The translations under genes were made by a program, and so were the position numbers. Positions 1-19,300 of a stretch of 64,000 nucleotides of DNA are shown here, piece by piece. Source of the stretch: Styela clava (Eukaryota); assembly GCF_964204865.1 (NCBI RefSeq), contig NC_135252.1, positions 22,568,001 through 22,632,000 on the forward strand, in the 5' to 3' direction. The notes under the pieces are model-generated. The model was not told where the DNA came from and searched no databases. It worked only from the letters and a program-made list of their open reading frames with translations. Numbering within the stretch: position 1 is the first letter of the stretch; each line of letters opens with the position of its first letter.

Positions 1-498
1 TGATGTAGCAATATTAACACTACTGTTAGTGATTCCATAGTCTTGTCGCACACTAACACGAATATATAATTTATACAATTTTTTTGCTCATATAAAGATA
101 TTCCAACTAAAATATGCTTGTCAGAGGATGTTTGGCTTTGTTCTGACGATACTTATATAGCAATATTGCTGAATCACAAAGTTCAATTAAAAATATGACT
201 AATCTTTTATCCACATTACTTTAGTTTCAGATCAAATTAACTATATTTTTCAAGCAGTAATATGAAACACATTACTGTATAGCTTGCGCAACAGAACTTT
301 GTTTGCTGACAAACAATATTCAGGGTTGTCTGCGTCTAATTCTTCTTCCTGACAAACAAAGTAACTGCGGCAAATATATTTAAAGCGCTCTACTGTTTGC
401 ATAAATGTCACCTCACATTGTAACACACATCCCGTGCTCATTTATTTGTGCAACGTGATTTGCAGCGATGATTTGTAAGGCGATGGTAAGGCAACTCG

Positions 499-499
<1 letters not shown>

Positions 500-535
<36 letters not shown>
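500..535. repeat. (TA)n microsatellite
   Basis: Uninterrupted TA dinucleotide run. Confidence 0.95.
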
Positions 536-538
<3 letters not shown>

Positions 539-669
539 GTTTAAAGTAAACAGTCGTCAAACGATGACGCCTATTGATTCAATTTGCTCTCGAAAACAAC
601 TGCCACTCTAGTGCCTATAAAATATATAGCGATGAGTAAATTTGAAATCCCACTTTCATGTCCAATACC

Positions 670-1781
670 AGATCAGCAATCAATATACAATTTTTTTATT
701 TCTATTAGTTGGTAAAGGATGCTCATAATATTTTCAAACGCACGATGAGTAAATTCTTAGTATGTCAATAGGCTTCAAATACAAACACAGAATTTAAAAA
801 ATGTTGAAATTCCAAAAAAGTAGTGACGTTGCGGTTTTTCAATGTGCTTGTAATTGTAAGTAACATTTCTGACAATTATATATTATATTTTAAATCCTTA
901 AAGTATTTTATTTTAAAAAATTTAAACATTGTAGCAATCCAAATAAAATGATGCATTATCACTGATAAACTATAGACTATTTATGGACTGATTAGTCATG
1001 ACTTGTAAAATCAAAAGCCCTAATTTAGACTTCTAGGCATAAAAGTAAATATTACTATAACACAATAAAATTGGACACAGCTTATTAACAGAAATTTATA
1101 ATAAGTTTTAAAATACTCAAGATTACGAATACATTTATAATAGATTGTATTTAATACTCATCAAGAATTAGGAGATCAGGGTATAGATATTTATTTCTAC
1201 CAAGAGCCGATGGAATATCCCAATATTTGTAAACGCATGATGAGTTAATTCTCAGTATGTTACTAGGCTACAAATACAAACACAAAATTAAAAAATGTTC
1301 AAATTTCAAAAACGCAGTGACGTTGCGGTTCCTCAATGTGCTCATAAATTTTTTTGTAATGAATTGTATAATTTGTAAAACGAGAATATCGGTCAAAGAC
1401 CGAAGACTTATCGATCGAATGTTAGGGGATCCCCCTGAACAGCGCTCTTACTTCAAAGTGACACCATGTGCCCCATCACTAATTAATTGATAACTCGCTA
1501 ATTATACGACATAATTCGCCCAAAATCAATAGGATTCTGGTACGAGATATGATGAATGCACATATCTCGCTTATGTGAGATATCGCGTGCATCTAACAGA
1601 CAGACTAACACACAGACAGACAAATACCTATCAACATACTTACCGATTAAAATCGATAAGTAATAACAATTCTGACAATGTAATATAACTTTACTTTATG
1701 AATTCTTAATGAACTCTGGACTTTTTATCAACTGATTTGCCATGACTTATAAAATCAAAGGCCCTAAATTGTGACCTCTAG
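670..1781. repeat. Old tandem duplication of the 3' UTR/terminator region of gene A (copies ~670-1037 and ~1173-1781)
   Basis: Shared AAACGCA.GATGAGT.AATTCT.AGTATGT...GTGACGTTGCGGTT...CATGACTT.TAAAATCAAA.GCCCTAA. Minus-strand AATAAA at 695-700 and 1190-1195 in homologous positions. The second copy is interrupted by a HINE. Confidence 0.8.
1379..1663 (-). mobile_element. Helentron-associated (HINE/DINE-1-like) non-autonomous element, copy 1
   Basis: Subterminal inverted ACTTATCGAT/ATCGATAAGT, (CAGA)n microsatellite, TCGGT..ACCGA hairpin, CTCGTT end. Homologous to 58808-59190 and 60519-60791. Confidence 0.7.
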
Positions 1782-1872
1782 TTCTCGGGGATTAATTTGA
1801 TATGTACATTATTTAAACCGGCATTTACATCTACTCCAACTCTTTGGGCCGTAAAAATAACTGAGGAAATAT

Positions 1873-8016
<6,144 letters not shown>

Positions 8017-10136
8017 TGTTATATGTAATTTTACTTTACAAATCTAGAATATCAATAGTCGTTAACATTGGTTGGTAATAGGTTTCTATATTTATATATC
8101 TATAATACCTATTAAAGCAGTTTTAAATCAATCCAAACTGGGGTGCCTATCATGCCTATTTACAAAAGTAAAAGTTTGCCTGGGTTATTTTGTTTCTTCC
8201 CGATATAACTGGAACAAATCGCACTTCATAAATATACATAAATTTATTTTATCTTATCTGTTTTTCTGTCATGACAAATTGGTGCTACTTTGGTATGCAA
8301 TTGAAACCACATTGAGCAAGTGAGATAGCCTACCAAACAGGCACCAATGTCTCTACAGCTGAGTTTAAAACTTGACTATAGCTGCATCGTCACAGCCTGG
8401 GCACTGAAAAATCGAACATTGTAAAGTTCTCAACAACAACAACTTACAATACCCTTTATCTCTATAATAAAAGGGTTATAACTGTGAATATAATCTTTGC
8501 ATATTCTGATTTTTTTCTCCACACAGCTAAATCTAAAACGCCCAGCAAGCACTTCCTCTTTCTTACGCAAGTGAATAACGACTCAAGAGCGACATCGCAT
8601 GTGAATTCTTGTATAATAAAGAGCGACGGTATAAAGTGTGTATAATAAGTTGTATAGAATGTATTACATTAAAAAGGCATGAAATAATATGTTCTAATAT
8701 TAGTACGCGTCCCTTACTAGAATAAACCTATATGCTCGCATGAAATTTTCTCTGATATTACAATTACACATCAAATGAAGATTACGTCATTATCTATATT
8801 TCTGATTCTAGCTGTCTGGGACTTTATAACTATACCTTGCGGACATAGAGATTCGCTATCACGCTATACCTTTATTCCATTGGGAACAACTCATGTGTTA
8901 CGACGAAGACCTATTCTTTAGTCATGGGTATCTATGTTTACGCAGCAGTCTCATACGAACTACAAACAAATAAATTTCCGATAAATTTAGACGATCCGTA
9001 TAGGCTGAATTCGGCCACGCTTGATCCAGCATATTCAGACCGGGTATAATGATGGCCACCCTCAAAATGCTATACAAGTCAAATACTGTTCTACTAAATT
9101 AGATGAATTTAAGCATTTGTTTTATCCAAAAGTTATCCTTGTTTAAAAGTAGAATTGCTAGTAAATATACTTTTTAAGCATGATCCTATCATTTTCGTGA
9201 AATATCAAGCAATCAGAAAAATCTAAACATGCTTGATACTCATTTTTTAATTGTCACATACCAGCGGAGTTATAGTTTAATATTACCATAAGGTAAATAG
9301 CAGTATGGTTTGTAGTGAAAGGCATAAAATAGATAGGTATGAAATATACTGCTATCGCATCGATTGTTTGCAAGACAAACACTCATAAGGATTTGTATTC
9401 AACAAAATGCCACAGTGTGATTGATGACGCACTTAAGGATGCACATAAGTTATTCTCGTTTTACCACTGAAATAGGTATTGCACCACTAACGTTGACTTG
9501 ATTGGGTAAATCATAACCGAGATATTTCCGTACATTTGTATAATGAATACGACATATAGTTAAAAAATACGAATTACTGAACCAGTATTTCTCCTTAACT
9601 TTTATTTTGTAAAGTGTGTTATGCTAAAGCTGGAAATTAATCGAATTGAAACATTCAAACACTATTATGCTATAAAAAGATGATTGTAACATATGACCTC
9701 AATTTTAATTACGCCAAAGATACATGTTTATTAAATTGCAAAGTTTGAAATTTGCATTTTCAAATTAAAAGTTGTGCTGAAGGGAGTATTTTTAGTCCTA
9801 TTGAAATTAAGCAAATACTAAACATAACCATCGACATTTACCTGAAATCTTGCCCCTTATCCTTTTAACTTATTGGAAACAACACATGCGTGGCATTTGG
9901 CATATAATGTTTATTCATTGTCTATTCACAGGGTATCTTGACACGCAATGCGCATTTGAGGAAATATGTGATGCAATACAGTTTAAAGAAGACAGTTACC
10001 AAATGTACCAATCTGGCTCAATCTAACATATTACGTCAGTTAACAACTCTGGCCCACTCTATATTATATTTCTCAACAAAAAAAATTCAACACCTTCATT
10101 CGAGTATAGACACGTAAAACCAAAAATACTCTAAGG

Positions 10137-10977
10137 CAGTGGTTCTTAACCTTTGTGAGCCTGCCGAACCCCTGCGCTATTCTGCAAGCTCCCGCCGAAC
10201 CCCATCGTACTGAACGGTTGAAATTAGAAGCCAAACCGTAACGTTATAAAGCGGAAGCTAATTCTTGCAAGGTTATAGAATATGAACATGGTGATGAGAC
10301 CTTAGATATCAATAACCATGTGGGAATAACCATTGTTTTGTCACAATGGCGTTGGCGGCAGAAAGAGCAGATGGTTTTTGTTGTATAAGTTTTGCTAGTG
10401 AACCGGCGAAAACTGATAAAAAATAACTTTGAAAATCCGAAAGATGATAATATACTCCATAAACGTTGGTAGTTCAAGCAATTTGTTCTCAAACTTTAAA
10501 CTGCGCTGAAATGCGAATAAAATCGTTTGCCACTTGTTTTATTTTACAGAAATAGAGATAGGATTAATTCGGCGCCATATCGAGGTTGTCCTGAATGGAT
10601 CATAATAATTTCGGATAAAGCTCTGCGATAAACTATTCCTTGTCGCAAATTTATCACCTAGTGAAATTCAAACACGCTCTGATTTTGCATTCATTCATGT
10701 ACAATTACTGCCTATCTTCGATTTATCCGTAAAATTGAGTTAAATTTTATTAGTACGGTAGAATATGAATAAGGGTAACACCAATTAATTGTTTCATTCA
10801 GTTGTTCAAGTCGTTAGTGATTAGTCATCATGAACTATAGTTATTTTTGCATAATTAGTATGCAGGGTGATAAAAAAGTCTCATAATATGCAACTGTTTC
10901 AGAGCACCTTCGTCGCACCTCTGGAACAGCTCCACCGAACCCCAGGGGTTCGATCGAACCCAGTTTAAGAACCACTG
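10137..10977. mobile_element. hAT (Charlie-like) MITE, 841 bp
   Basis: TIR CAGTGGTTCTTAAC / TTTAAGAACCACTG; perfect 8-bp TSD CTCTAAGG at 10129-10136 and 10978-10985; subterminal CCGAACCCC repeats. Confidence 0.9.
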
Positions 10978-11520
10978 CTCTAAGGGATATAGATACGCAT
11001 GGCAGTTCGTGCATAAGTCAGACTTGTCTCTGTGATATCAAGCATGAAGTAGAACACAAACTGACGTCATACAAATTGTCTTGAAAAATGTTCCATAACA
11101 ACGAAATATAGTTCATTTATCGCTACTAGGTAAATAAAATTATACATCCGTAAGGTCTTTAAATTCCATACTTATCGAGGTATATCGAATGCCGTCGCAT
11201 CGTTCGTTTGCAGAACAAACAGCAATCAAATTTATATTCTGTGTCAACCCCCAGTGAGGTCAGTGAAGCGTTTTCTAGAAAATAAAATACAAGTGAAGAC
11301 ATTGAGAGCGTTAAATAGACGTTCAACATTTTCTTTGTTCTGAATAGTCATATCAAGTTCAGTCAAATTTTTTACATGAATACAATGAATGCAAAATAAA
11401 ACTTCAACTTCGAATTACAGTACCAATACCAATATTCATGGCATTTCTAAATCTTGTGATATTTTTAAATTTTACGTGCATATTATATTTGAATAGCATC
11501 AACACGAATTTACTTACTTA

Positions 11521-11697
11521 CTAGGGCATAATTTTGTTCCGATTTTCTTTATTTTTAATTCTATTACAAATTCGGCGACCTTTCTCTGTTGGGCATGTGA
11601 ACATACCTCTTCCCATAGGATTCCGTCCCTTATACAACTTTATGTAAAATGGGCGAACAAAATTAGTTAACTCCATATTGGTTCACATACTTCTGGA
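11521..11697 (-). mobile_element. Truncated copy of the GG..CC MITE family
   Basis: Reverse complement of ~13990-14166 (GGCGAACAAAATTAGTTAACTCCATATTGGTTCACATACTTCTGGA). Confidence 0.65.
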
Positions 11698-12283
11698 CCA
11701 CAAATATATACCAGTGTCAGTGTAGTGTACGTCTCAAATATATCTCATCCACAATAACTCCAACTGCGAGTGTTGAACAAGTACAATTGTAATATTTCAA
11801 ATTGTTTCAAATTTACGTCGTCCTAGATTATATTGGCATAGATTTACCAAAATTTTTAAATCAACTCCTAATCAACCAAATAATCTATAGTATAAATATG
11901 TGTTATCAATCTTTTTAAAATAATTCGTCGTTTATGCTTAGAATCCTTCTTTTTTTCACTCGACCGATAAATACCCCAGGTTCAGCAACCAATGTGCATT
12001 CGTGCATTTTTATACAAGCATGACGACGATCCTACCCACGTTTTACAGTCAATTACAAAAAGACTGGTGAGATTGAATACTTATGGACAATGAGTATTGA
12101 TCGCCCGTACAAAAGTGAGATTACTCCACTCATTACGAATGCTGCGTTTTTGGAAAGTTAAATTAATTTCAAATTCAAAAAATTTTTTATGCCAGTATTT
12201 AAGCTTTGCCAATAAAACACTTACTGGGTATTACATTAAATAGTATCCAATAATATGGTTGGTAAGGTATGGTGGCGCATATT

Positions 12284-13710
12284 TGTCACGCGTAAAATTA
12301 AAAAAAAAGAAATAAAAAATAAAATAAAAAAAACTCAAAATAAAAGTAAAATAAAAAAATAGTTGAGAAAAAACATAAAAAAAAAAAAAAAAATGAAAAA
12401 AAAAAAAAATAAATGAAAAAAAAAATTAAAAATAAAAACGAAAATAAAATAAAAACAGAACAAAAAAAAGAAAGAAAAAAATTGAAAAAAAAACGTGAAT
12501 AAAAAGAAAATTTGCTTCGGCTTGGGTCCAACTTTGTCATGCATAATCCTACGCGCACAAACGGTGTTCCCTGGGTTTTTAACTCACTCTTGATTTTCAT
12601 GAGCAATATTCAATTAATTTAATATGCAAATGTTTTATAAATTCTCCATGATACAAGTACAACTAGAAGTAATATATATATTTAAAATATTGATAAGATA
12701 ATATAGAATTGAATACGAAAATTCGAAATATTTGTTTTTACGTGTAGACTGTAGAAGGTAATTGAATTGGAGAATGCTGCTTAAATGCTCAGCTGTCCGG
12801 ACACTCGTGCGATACCGATACCGTCTGATCGTACCCAGTACCCAGCATACAGTCACTCATGAAACGAGTGGAAGATACAGATAGTCTATCTAGTAGAATA
12901 TGGTGAATCGAGGGATGGATTGAAATAAAAAGTTGAGCCCGCGCTATTTATCATTCGTCTGGATCGGTATGCCGTACGGTATGCCATACCGTATGCACCT
13001 GCCGAAATGCACGTTCCATTGAAATCAGGTCTAACTATATTCGCCTTCCAGCCTCGTGGTTGTACGATCAGACAGTAGAGGCTAGAGCCGACGGACGAGT
13101 CTAACTAGGCTACTTTATGCACACAGTCCTTTTTTATTAATTCAAGTCTGTGCTATGTAAATTATTCACATTTTATTCACTGTATGTTACCGTTACCGTA
13201 CCTCCATGACAATTACAATAACCGGTACCATGCTTGTAAATAATATTACGTACAACCTGCAACTGACTGCGCTCAATTCATCACTCGATTCACTATATTC
13301 TACTAGCTAGACTATCCGTATCTCCCATTTGTTTCATGAGTGATTGCATGGGTACAGGTACGGCCAGGCGGTACCGGTATCGCAAAAGTGTCCGGACAAC
13401 TGAGCGGTTGAGCAGCATTCTCCAATTCAATTACCTTCCACACGTAAAAACAAATTTCCCGAATTTTCGTACTCAATTCTATATTCTCTTATAATAATTA
13501 TAAATATATTACTCCTAGTTGAACTTGTAGCAAAGGGAATTTATGGAACCATTTCGTTGTGAATTTATTAAATATTGCTCAAGAAAATCAGTAGTGAGTT
13601 AGAAACTCAGGGAACACCGTTTGTGCGTGTAGGATTATGCATTGCAACGTTGGTCCCAAGCAGAAGCAAATTTTTCAAAATAAAAATATTTCTCAATTTT
13701 ACGCGTGACA
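12284..13710. mobile_element. Foldback-type element with ~440-bp terminal inverted repeats (12284-12923 and 13273-13710)
   Basis: TGTCACGCGTAAAATT ... AATTTTACGCGTGACA; arms are colinear, e.g. GCACAAACGGTGTTCCCTG / CAGGGAACACCGTTTGTGC and GTAATTGAATTGGAGAATGCTGCT / AGCAGCATTCTCCAATTCAATTAC. No clear TSD; superfamily not determined. Confidence 0.8.
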
Positions 13711-13983
13711 CCATAGTAAGGGTCGTAAAATCACAAAAAATCGGTGAAATGTTTTCAACATTCATCAATGATAGTCCGTAAAAACCACTCTTTTCAAATT
13801 TACATACATGACATATTGGTGTACTTTTAACGCGATGCATGTATGACTAATTACAAAACTTTATTCAAATAATATTACAGAATTTTTTCACCGTTTTCTC
13901 GCTTTATAAGATTTGCTTTACGTTATCTATAAATTTTCTGAATCTATTTATAAATAAAATGTTATAACTTCATATGAATTATT

Positions 13984-14193
13984 CGCGCTCCAGAAGTGTG
14001 TGTACCAATATGGAGGTAACTATTTTTGTTCGCCTACTTTACATCAAGTTGTGTAAAGGGACTGGAGCCTATGGGCAGGGGGTATATTCACATTGGCTAA
14101 CACAAACCCGAACTCGTTATAGTACTAAAATATAGAAAATCGGAATAAAATTATGGCCTTACCCTAGCCTGGTACATACACTACGGGAGTACC
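13984..14193 (+). mobile_element. GG..CC-ended MITE family (Merlin- or MULE-like); other copies 11521-11697, 46322-46528, 56886-57089
   Basis: TIR GCGCTCCAGAAGTGTGTGTACCA / TGGTACATACACTACGGGAGTACC; internal sequence shared by four ~200-bp copies. Confidence 0.7.
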
Positions 14194-16374
14194 AAAATAC
14201 TTACAAAGATTATTATTACTAAATAGGTCTAACTGATTCTACCCTGAAAATTTAAAATTAAAACTAGTTTTGTACTGATTCAATATATTGCATATATAAA
14301 TAAAATAATGATTCATGGGTAAACTCAATAACGATGCATATGAAAACCTCTATCACGATTTATGAAAAGACTCATAATCATATATCTTTTCATACTAACC
14401 AATGATGTTTAATATACAATGATTTGTTAAAAAAATTTCAAAGATCAAGTTTCAAAAACGTGTAGGTAAAAATAACTCATTCCAATGTTTAATACCAAAA
14501 TAGCATTTGCAAATTTGTTACGCAATTAGAAATCAGTAGTTTTTGCATTATACTGAAAAGGCACTTTGTACAAAAAGAATATAGAAATAGCATTAAAATT
14601 GCATTTACAGGTGAATGGAAAATCATTACTGGTTATGAGACCGCAATGAAGTATGACAATAAGAAAAGCAAAAAGTTGAACATAAGATATTAAAGAGATA
14701 TACTTCAACGTGTCTGATCCGATAATCCAATAAAGGACACCCACTCGGTACAGAGAAGTAAGGTAACCATGGAACAGAAGGGCCCTTACAGCACTAAATG
14801 CAGTCAGCACAGAAGAGCAATACAATAACATCTCTTTGTTTTGTTTCAAAGGACAGGGCTTTCCAACATAGACAATACAACTTTGTTGAATAATAAGTAT
14901 ACGACTGAACTGTTATCAATAAGCTTAAGTAAATTTTCGAAAATACATCACTATATGTATCTGATACATAAATTCAGATTATGCATTTCACTTCATCAAC
15001 AATGATGTAAACTTTGTTTCAATGTTTAGAATAAAAAAATCTGCATTTTTAAATATCTTCTTTAGAGTAATGACAAATATAATCACTTAAATAGAAAAAT
15101 TGCGTCTTAATAAACAGTTACTTATTAGTAAATTACTTAAACATTGCTGTGCAATTGAAAATACTCTTATTTGTATAAAACTCTTTAAATCAGTCAAAAA
15201 TCAAATTTTATTGTTATTAGAGGGAAAATATTCTAAAACATAAAAATATGGTTATGCGCATATTGTAATTCAACATCTGAACTTAATACACAAAGTCGGA
15301 TTTATCAATAGGCAAGGTAGGCGGGAAGTCTGAAGTTCCAAATCCATACGCGTTTCAATTTTGAACTAAAATTATTCGTTAATTCGGTTTTAAATGTTAA
15401 ATTCATGGGCCAGAACTTTCATTTTTTAGTCAGGTTGAATAATTTCGATCCCAAGAATCAAAAATTTATATTAATTTCTCATAATGACATCTAATTCATA
15501 TTGTATATAAATTCACTTTTTCATCATATTTTTACCGTAAACCTTTCAAACATAATTCCTTGAGCTTTATGGATTGTTCTTAAATTAAACTTATTATCCA
15601 ATATACTTGCATTATTGACGTATGTATCTTGCCCTCAATATATTTTTTTATTTTATGTAAATTTTTAACAAATCATTTGTAGATCACATAGTACAGATAT
15701 GAATATGATGGCGTCATAATGCCGGTTCATAAGAATAGCCTTATGACGTCACATTTGGAAAGGATCTCGCACACGGAATAATCTAATGCTTCTGGTCGAA
15801 ATCCGCCTTTGGCCATACGATGAATTATAAAAAATATTAAATAAAATTAAAATTGTAAATAAACTACATTTTTCCAACAAAATTGTCCCTCAGATTCAGG
15901 AACAGCCAAAGGAGTATTTCAAATTTCACAACTCTGTCTCAAAGACGCTGGTCATCTAAAAAAAAATGGGTTGATATTATACATAGATACATAATTTACA
16001 AAGATTATTGAGTCTAAAATACTCTTTAACTTATATGATCGTATAAACACGCGTCTAAATTGACAATATTTTCAGGCACATTTAAGAGGTAACAGTCAAA
16101 TGAAAGTATCATTACTTTGATAATTTGAACTTTTAATGACTGTTTTACGATTATGGGCTAAATTTGTAAATTAAATATACATGCAAGTATAAATGAGCAA
16201 ATTTTTAAAGAACCATTTAGCATTCCCGCATAGCAAGTCTAAAATTTACAATAAAAATACGGACATCGGAAATATATAAAAGACGGGCGCGAAATTGTTC
16301 GTTTTTTATACCAATATGATTGCGCCGTTGTCCACTACTTCTTTTCATTGAGATTTAGATACCCTTTAGCATAT

Positions 16375-19300
16375 TCATATATTTCGTACTTGTTTTTGTT
16401 GCTCTAGTCTTGTACATGATGTTTTGTAGATATGCTCAAGTTGTTCTTTCATTTTTTTGTACTTGTCCGTCGAAGCATTCTAAAGAAGATATAAGATATT
16501 ATATTATCAAACAATCAAACATATTAATTTAGGAACTTTTACGAACGCTACGCATTTTCATAAGATATATATATATATAAATGTACCTTGTCAAGTTTCA
16601 GAAATTCTTGTATACTTCTGCATTTTTGAAAAATGGCATCTTTTTCTTTCTTTTCAAATTTTGCTCCAGTTCCGGACATGATTTTGATGATATCATCTAC
16701 ATATTTTGCAAGAGAATTTGCAGTTGTTTTTTTTGGAACCTTTTACAATAAGTATAGTCGTATTTTAACTTTTGAAGATATAGAAAAAGATGTACACTAT
16801 GTCAAACTCTAGATTCCTGCATTTCTAAGTTTTGATAACTGGTTTTTATATTCAAATATAAATAACACTTTCAAATATATTGTGAACTTATATTAGGATG
16901 TCTAACAAAAAAGCATATTATTTAAATTTTGAGAATTAGAATTTTTATTATTGACTCCTGGTTCTGATCGTCACAGTATCAGTATCAGTAGTTTATTTTT
17001 ACACATGCCGAAAATACACATTATACGAATAGGATCAAGTAAAAAAAGAAAAAAAATGCATTTTAGTGTGAAGGAAGACGCGATAAACCAGTAATGGCTA
17101 TCGAGCAGCGTCACCTACAAGGAAGTCTAACATCAAATTTTATAAAGAAATAAAAAGACTAACATCAAATACTAAGAGAATACGGAAATAGAATATATTC
17201 AGGCGACCCGAATATCCGAGTCTCGTTCATAACGAAGGAAGCAAGCGACCTCAGTCACAACAGGCGGGGTAACCATGTCAACCGCGTTTTATTAGATATC
17301 AAAGTGATAAACCATAGCATTATGAGGTAACTATGGATAAACGAACTAAGAAACCTCGCTTGTCAGCTGCAGTGAGGGCCATTGTTTTGGGGGTAGTACC
17401 TCATTCGGAAGACATTAATAACAAACAATATTATTGGAATCAGGTTCCGAAAGGGGTTTTTAAATCTATACGGTACCGTACTCATGGAATTCTACAGTGG
17501 CCTGATGACTGGGTGCTGGTGGCAAATTCATACATGAACAGAAAAAGAGATCAACTTAAAAAGGTAAACAAAATTCTGGTGAATACTAGATTATCGTTGA
17601 ACCAAGCATAAGTTAGATCTAGCAGAAATCCACAAACAGACTGCACAGATATTATTAAAATAGGCTACTGAAGGCAATTACAATGCAATTACAATGTCAC
17701 AGGGCGACTAAATAATTAATTAGACGTGTCACATGCGTTTGAACACGTCGATAAATGTCAGATTTTTTTATGGAAATACTTGTCTTCATACAACACATAA
17801 AGAGAAAGTTCACATTTGAGTTTAGTATATCATAATGGAAGAATAAATTTTAATAATAATAAAGAGTTCGTTATCTAAACCCAATATCTAATTTTAATAT
17901 GAATAAAGGAGAAAAGAGAAAAGTTAGAAGGAAAAATACATAATTACATTTTAACTAAAATATAAATTACTCGGACAAAGTGTATAGAGCATCAGTGTTT
18001 GCGAACTGCTCAATAATTCCTTCGCTGATCATTGGAATATGTTAAATTATAACCAAGTCCACCACATTAACAATTCACGTTCGTAGCCTGGTTAAATATT
18101 AGTTCAGGTCTTTCAAAAAATATGAAACTAGATTGATGGAAAGCTACATAATAGCGCAATACGAAAATATAATGAATTTCAGTGTGAAACATAGTTAGAG
18201 AACATATATAAAGTTCATAAGTTTTTAGTGATTTCCTACATATTTAGGAAATAAACAATTCAAACATTTTATTACGTCAACAGTAACAACTTAAACAACA
18301 ATGATCTAACGACTTGTTTCAGTAACACATTGTCAGAAACAAAACAACAACAAACGGAATACTAATTAATCCTTATCTAATAGTAACTTTTGAAACATGT
18401 AATCGGACTGTTCGTCTAGTTTACCGTATCATATTTTAAATTTGCTCTTACGATTTTTTTTTACCTCCAGTCTTTTTTTGATGGATGGCTTGAACACAGT
18501 CTCATAGTAGGTTTTTAATTCATTCCTTTCTTCTTTCAAAGTTTCTTGTTTGGCTTCCTATAATAAGTTACAAAGTAGTAATTTTCATCTAAAGGAAGCT
18601 CATTTGAAGGTAAACTTTAAGTAACTTAAAATCCGTTTTACTAAATCACGAGGTGAAAAAAATTATTGTCAACTTTGGTAATAATGGTAATCAACAATTT
18701 GAGAAGCATTCATTGTATAGAAATATATATTTATAAAAAATAATTGTGTGTTTTTTTAAATTTTATCTAATCACAGTACAATATAGTTATTATCAACAAA
18801 TTTAATTGAACTACCCCCATTAAGAAAATCGTCTGATAATTCACACATTAAAGATAGACTAATATTTGACAATCTATTCAGATCTATGGGATATATATTT
18901 GAAAATACGTTCAGCATCAATATTCAAACTTATTAAATAGGGTCTACACACGTTTAAACTTTTCATCGCAACAAACCAATTTCTTTTTGAGGCAGTTTTA
19001 AAAAAGATGTTATTTGCTGAATGTTTAAAGATTTAAAGTATTCATATCAGATAATTTTTTTTTACCATTACTTAGCGCAAAATAAATAACGGAGCCATCG
19101 GGTACCGTAATGTAATCGAACTTATTGTAAATCAATTATCGATGCATTTTGCAAGTTTTTTTTTTTATTTCAGCATTTTTATATATTCAAGATAAAATTA
19201 GGATCAGTAAACTGGATGTTCTATAATAAACCATAATTGACATTCAGCAAATCTTGCATTGTGGTGTCCCTAATATTATCAATTTAGATCTCTTGACTCA

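Noticed and set aside
250-441. 63-aa minus-strand ORF near the window start
   Set aside because: No homology recognised; may be upstream sequence of a gene outside the window.
12298-13781. Two ORFs sharing ELxTQGTPFVRVGLC on opposite strands, plus poly-Phe ORFs
   Set aside because: They are the two arms of the foldback inverted repeat and the A-rich tract; no coding evidence.
14526-14849. 107-aa hydrophobic minus-strand ORF, and a possible plus-strand exon at ~14610
   Set aside because: No recognisable motif and no consistent splice partners; not lid-like, so not added to gene B.
17333-17611. 92-aa plus-strand ORF in intron of B
   Set aside because: Lies antisense within a probable LINE 3' fragment; no domain recognised.
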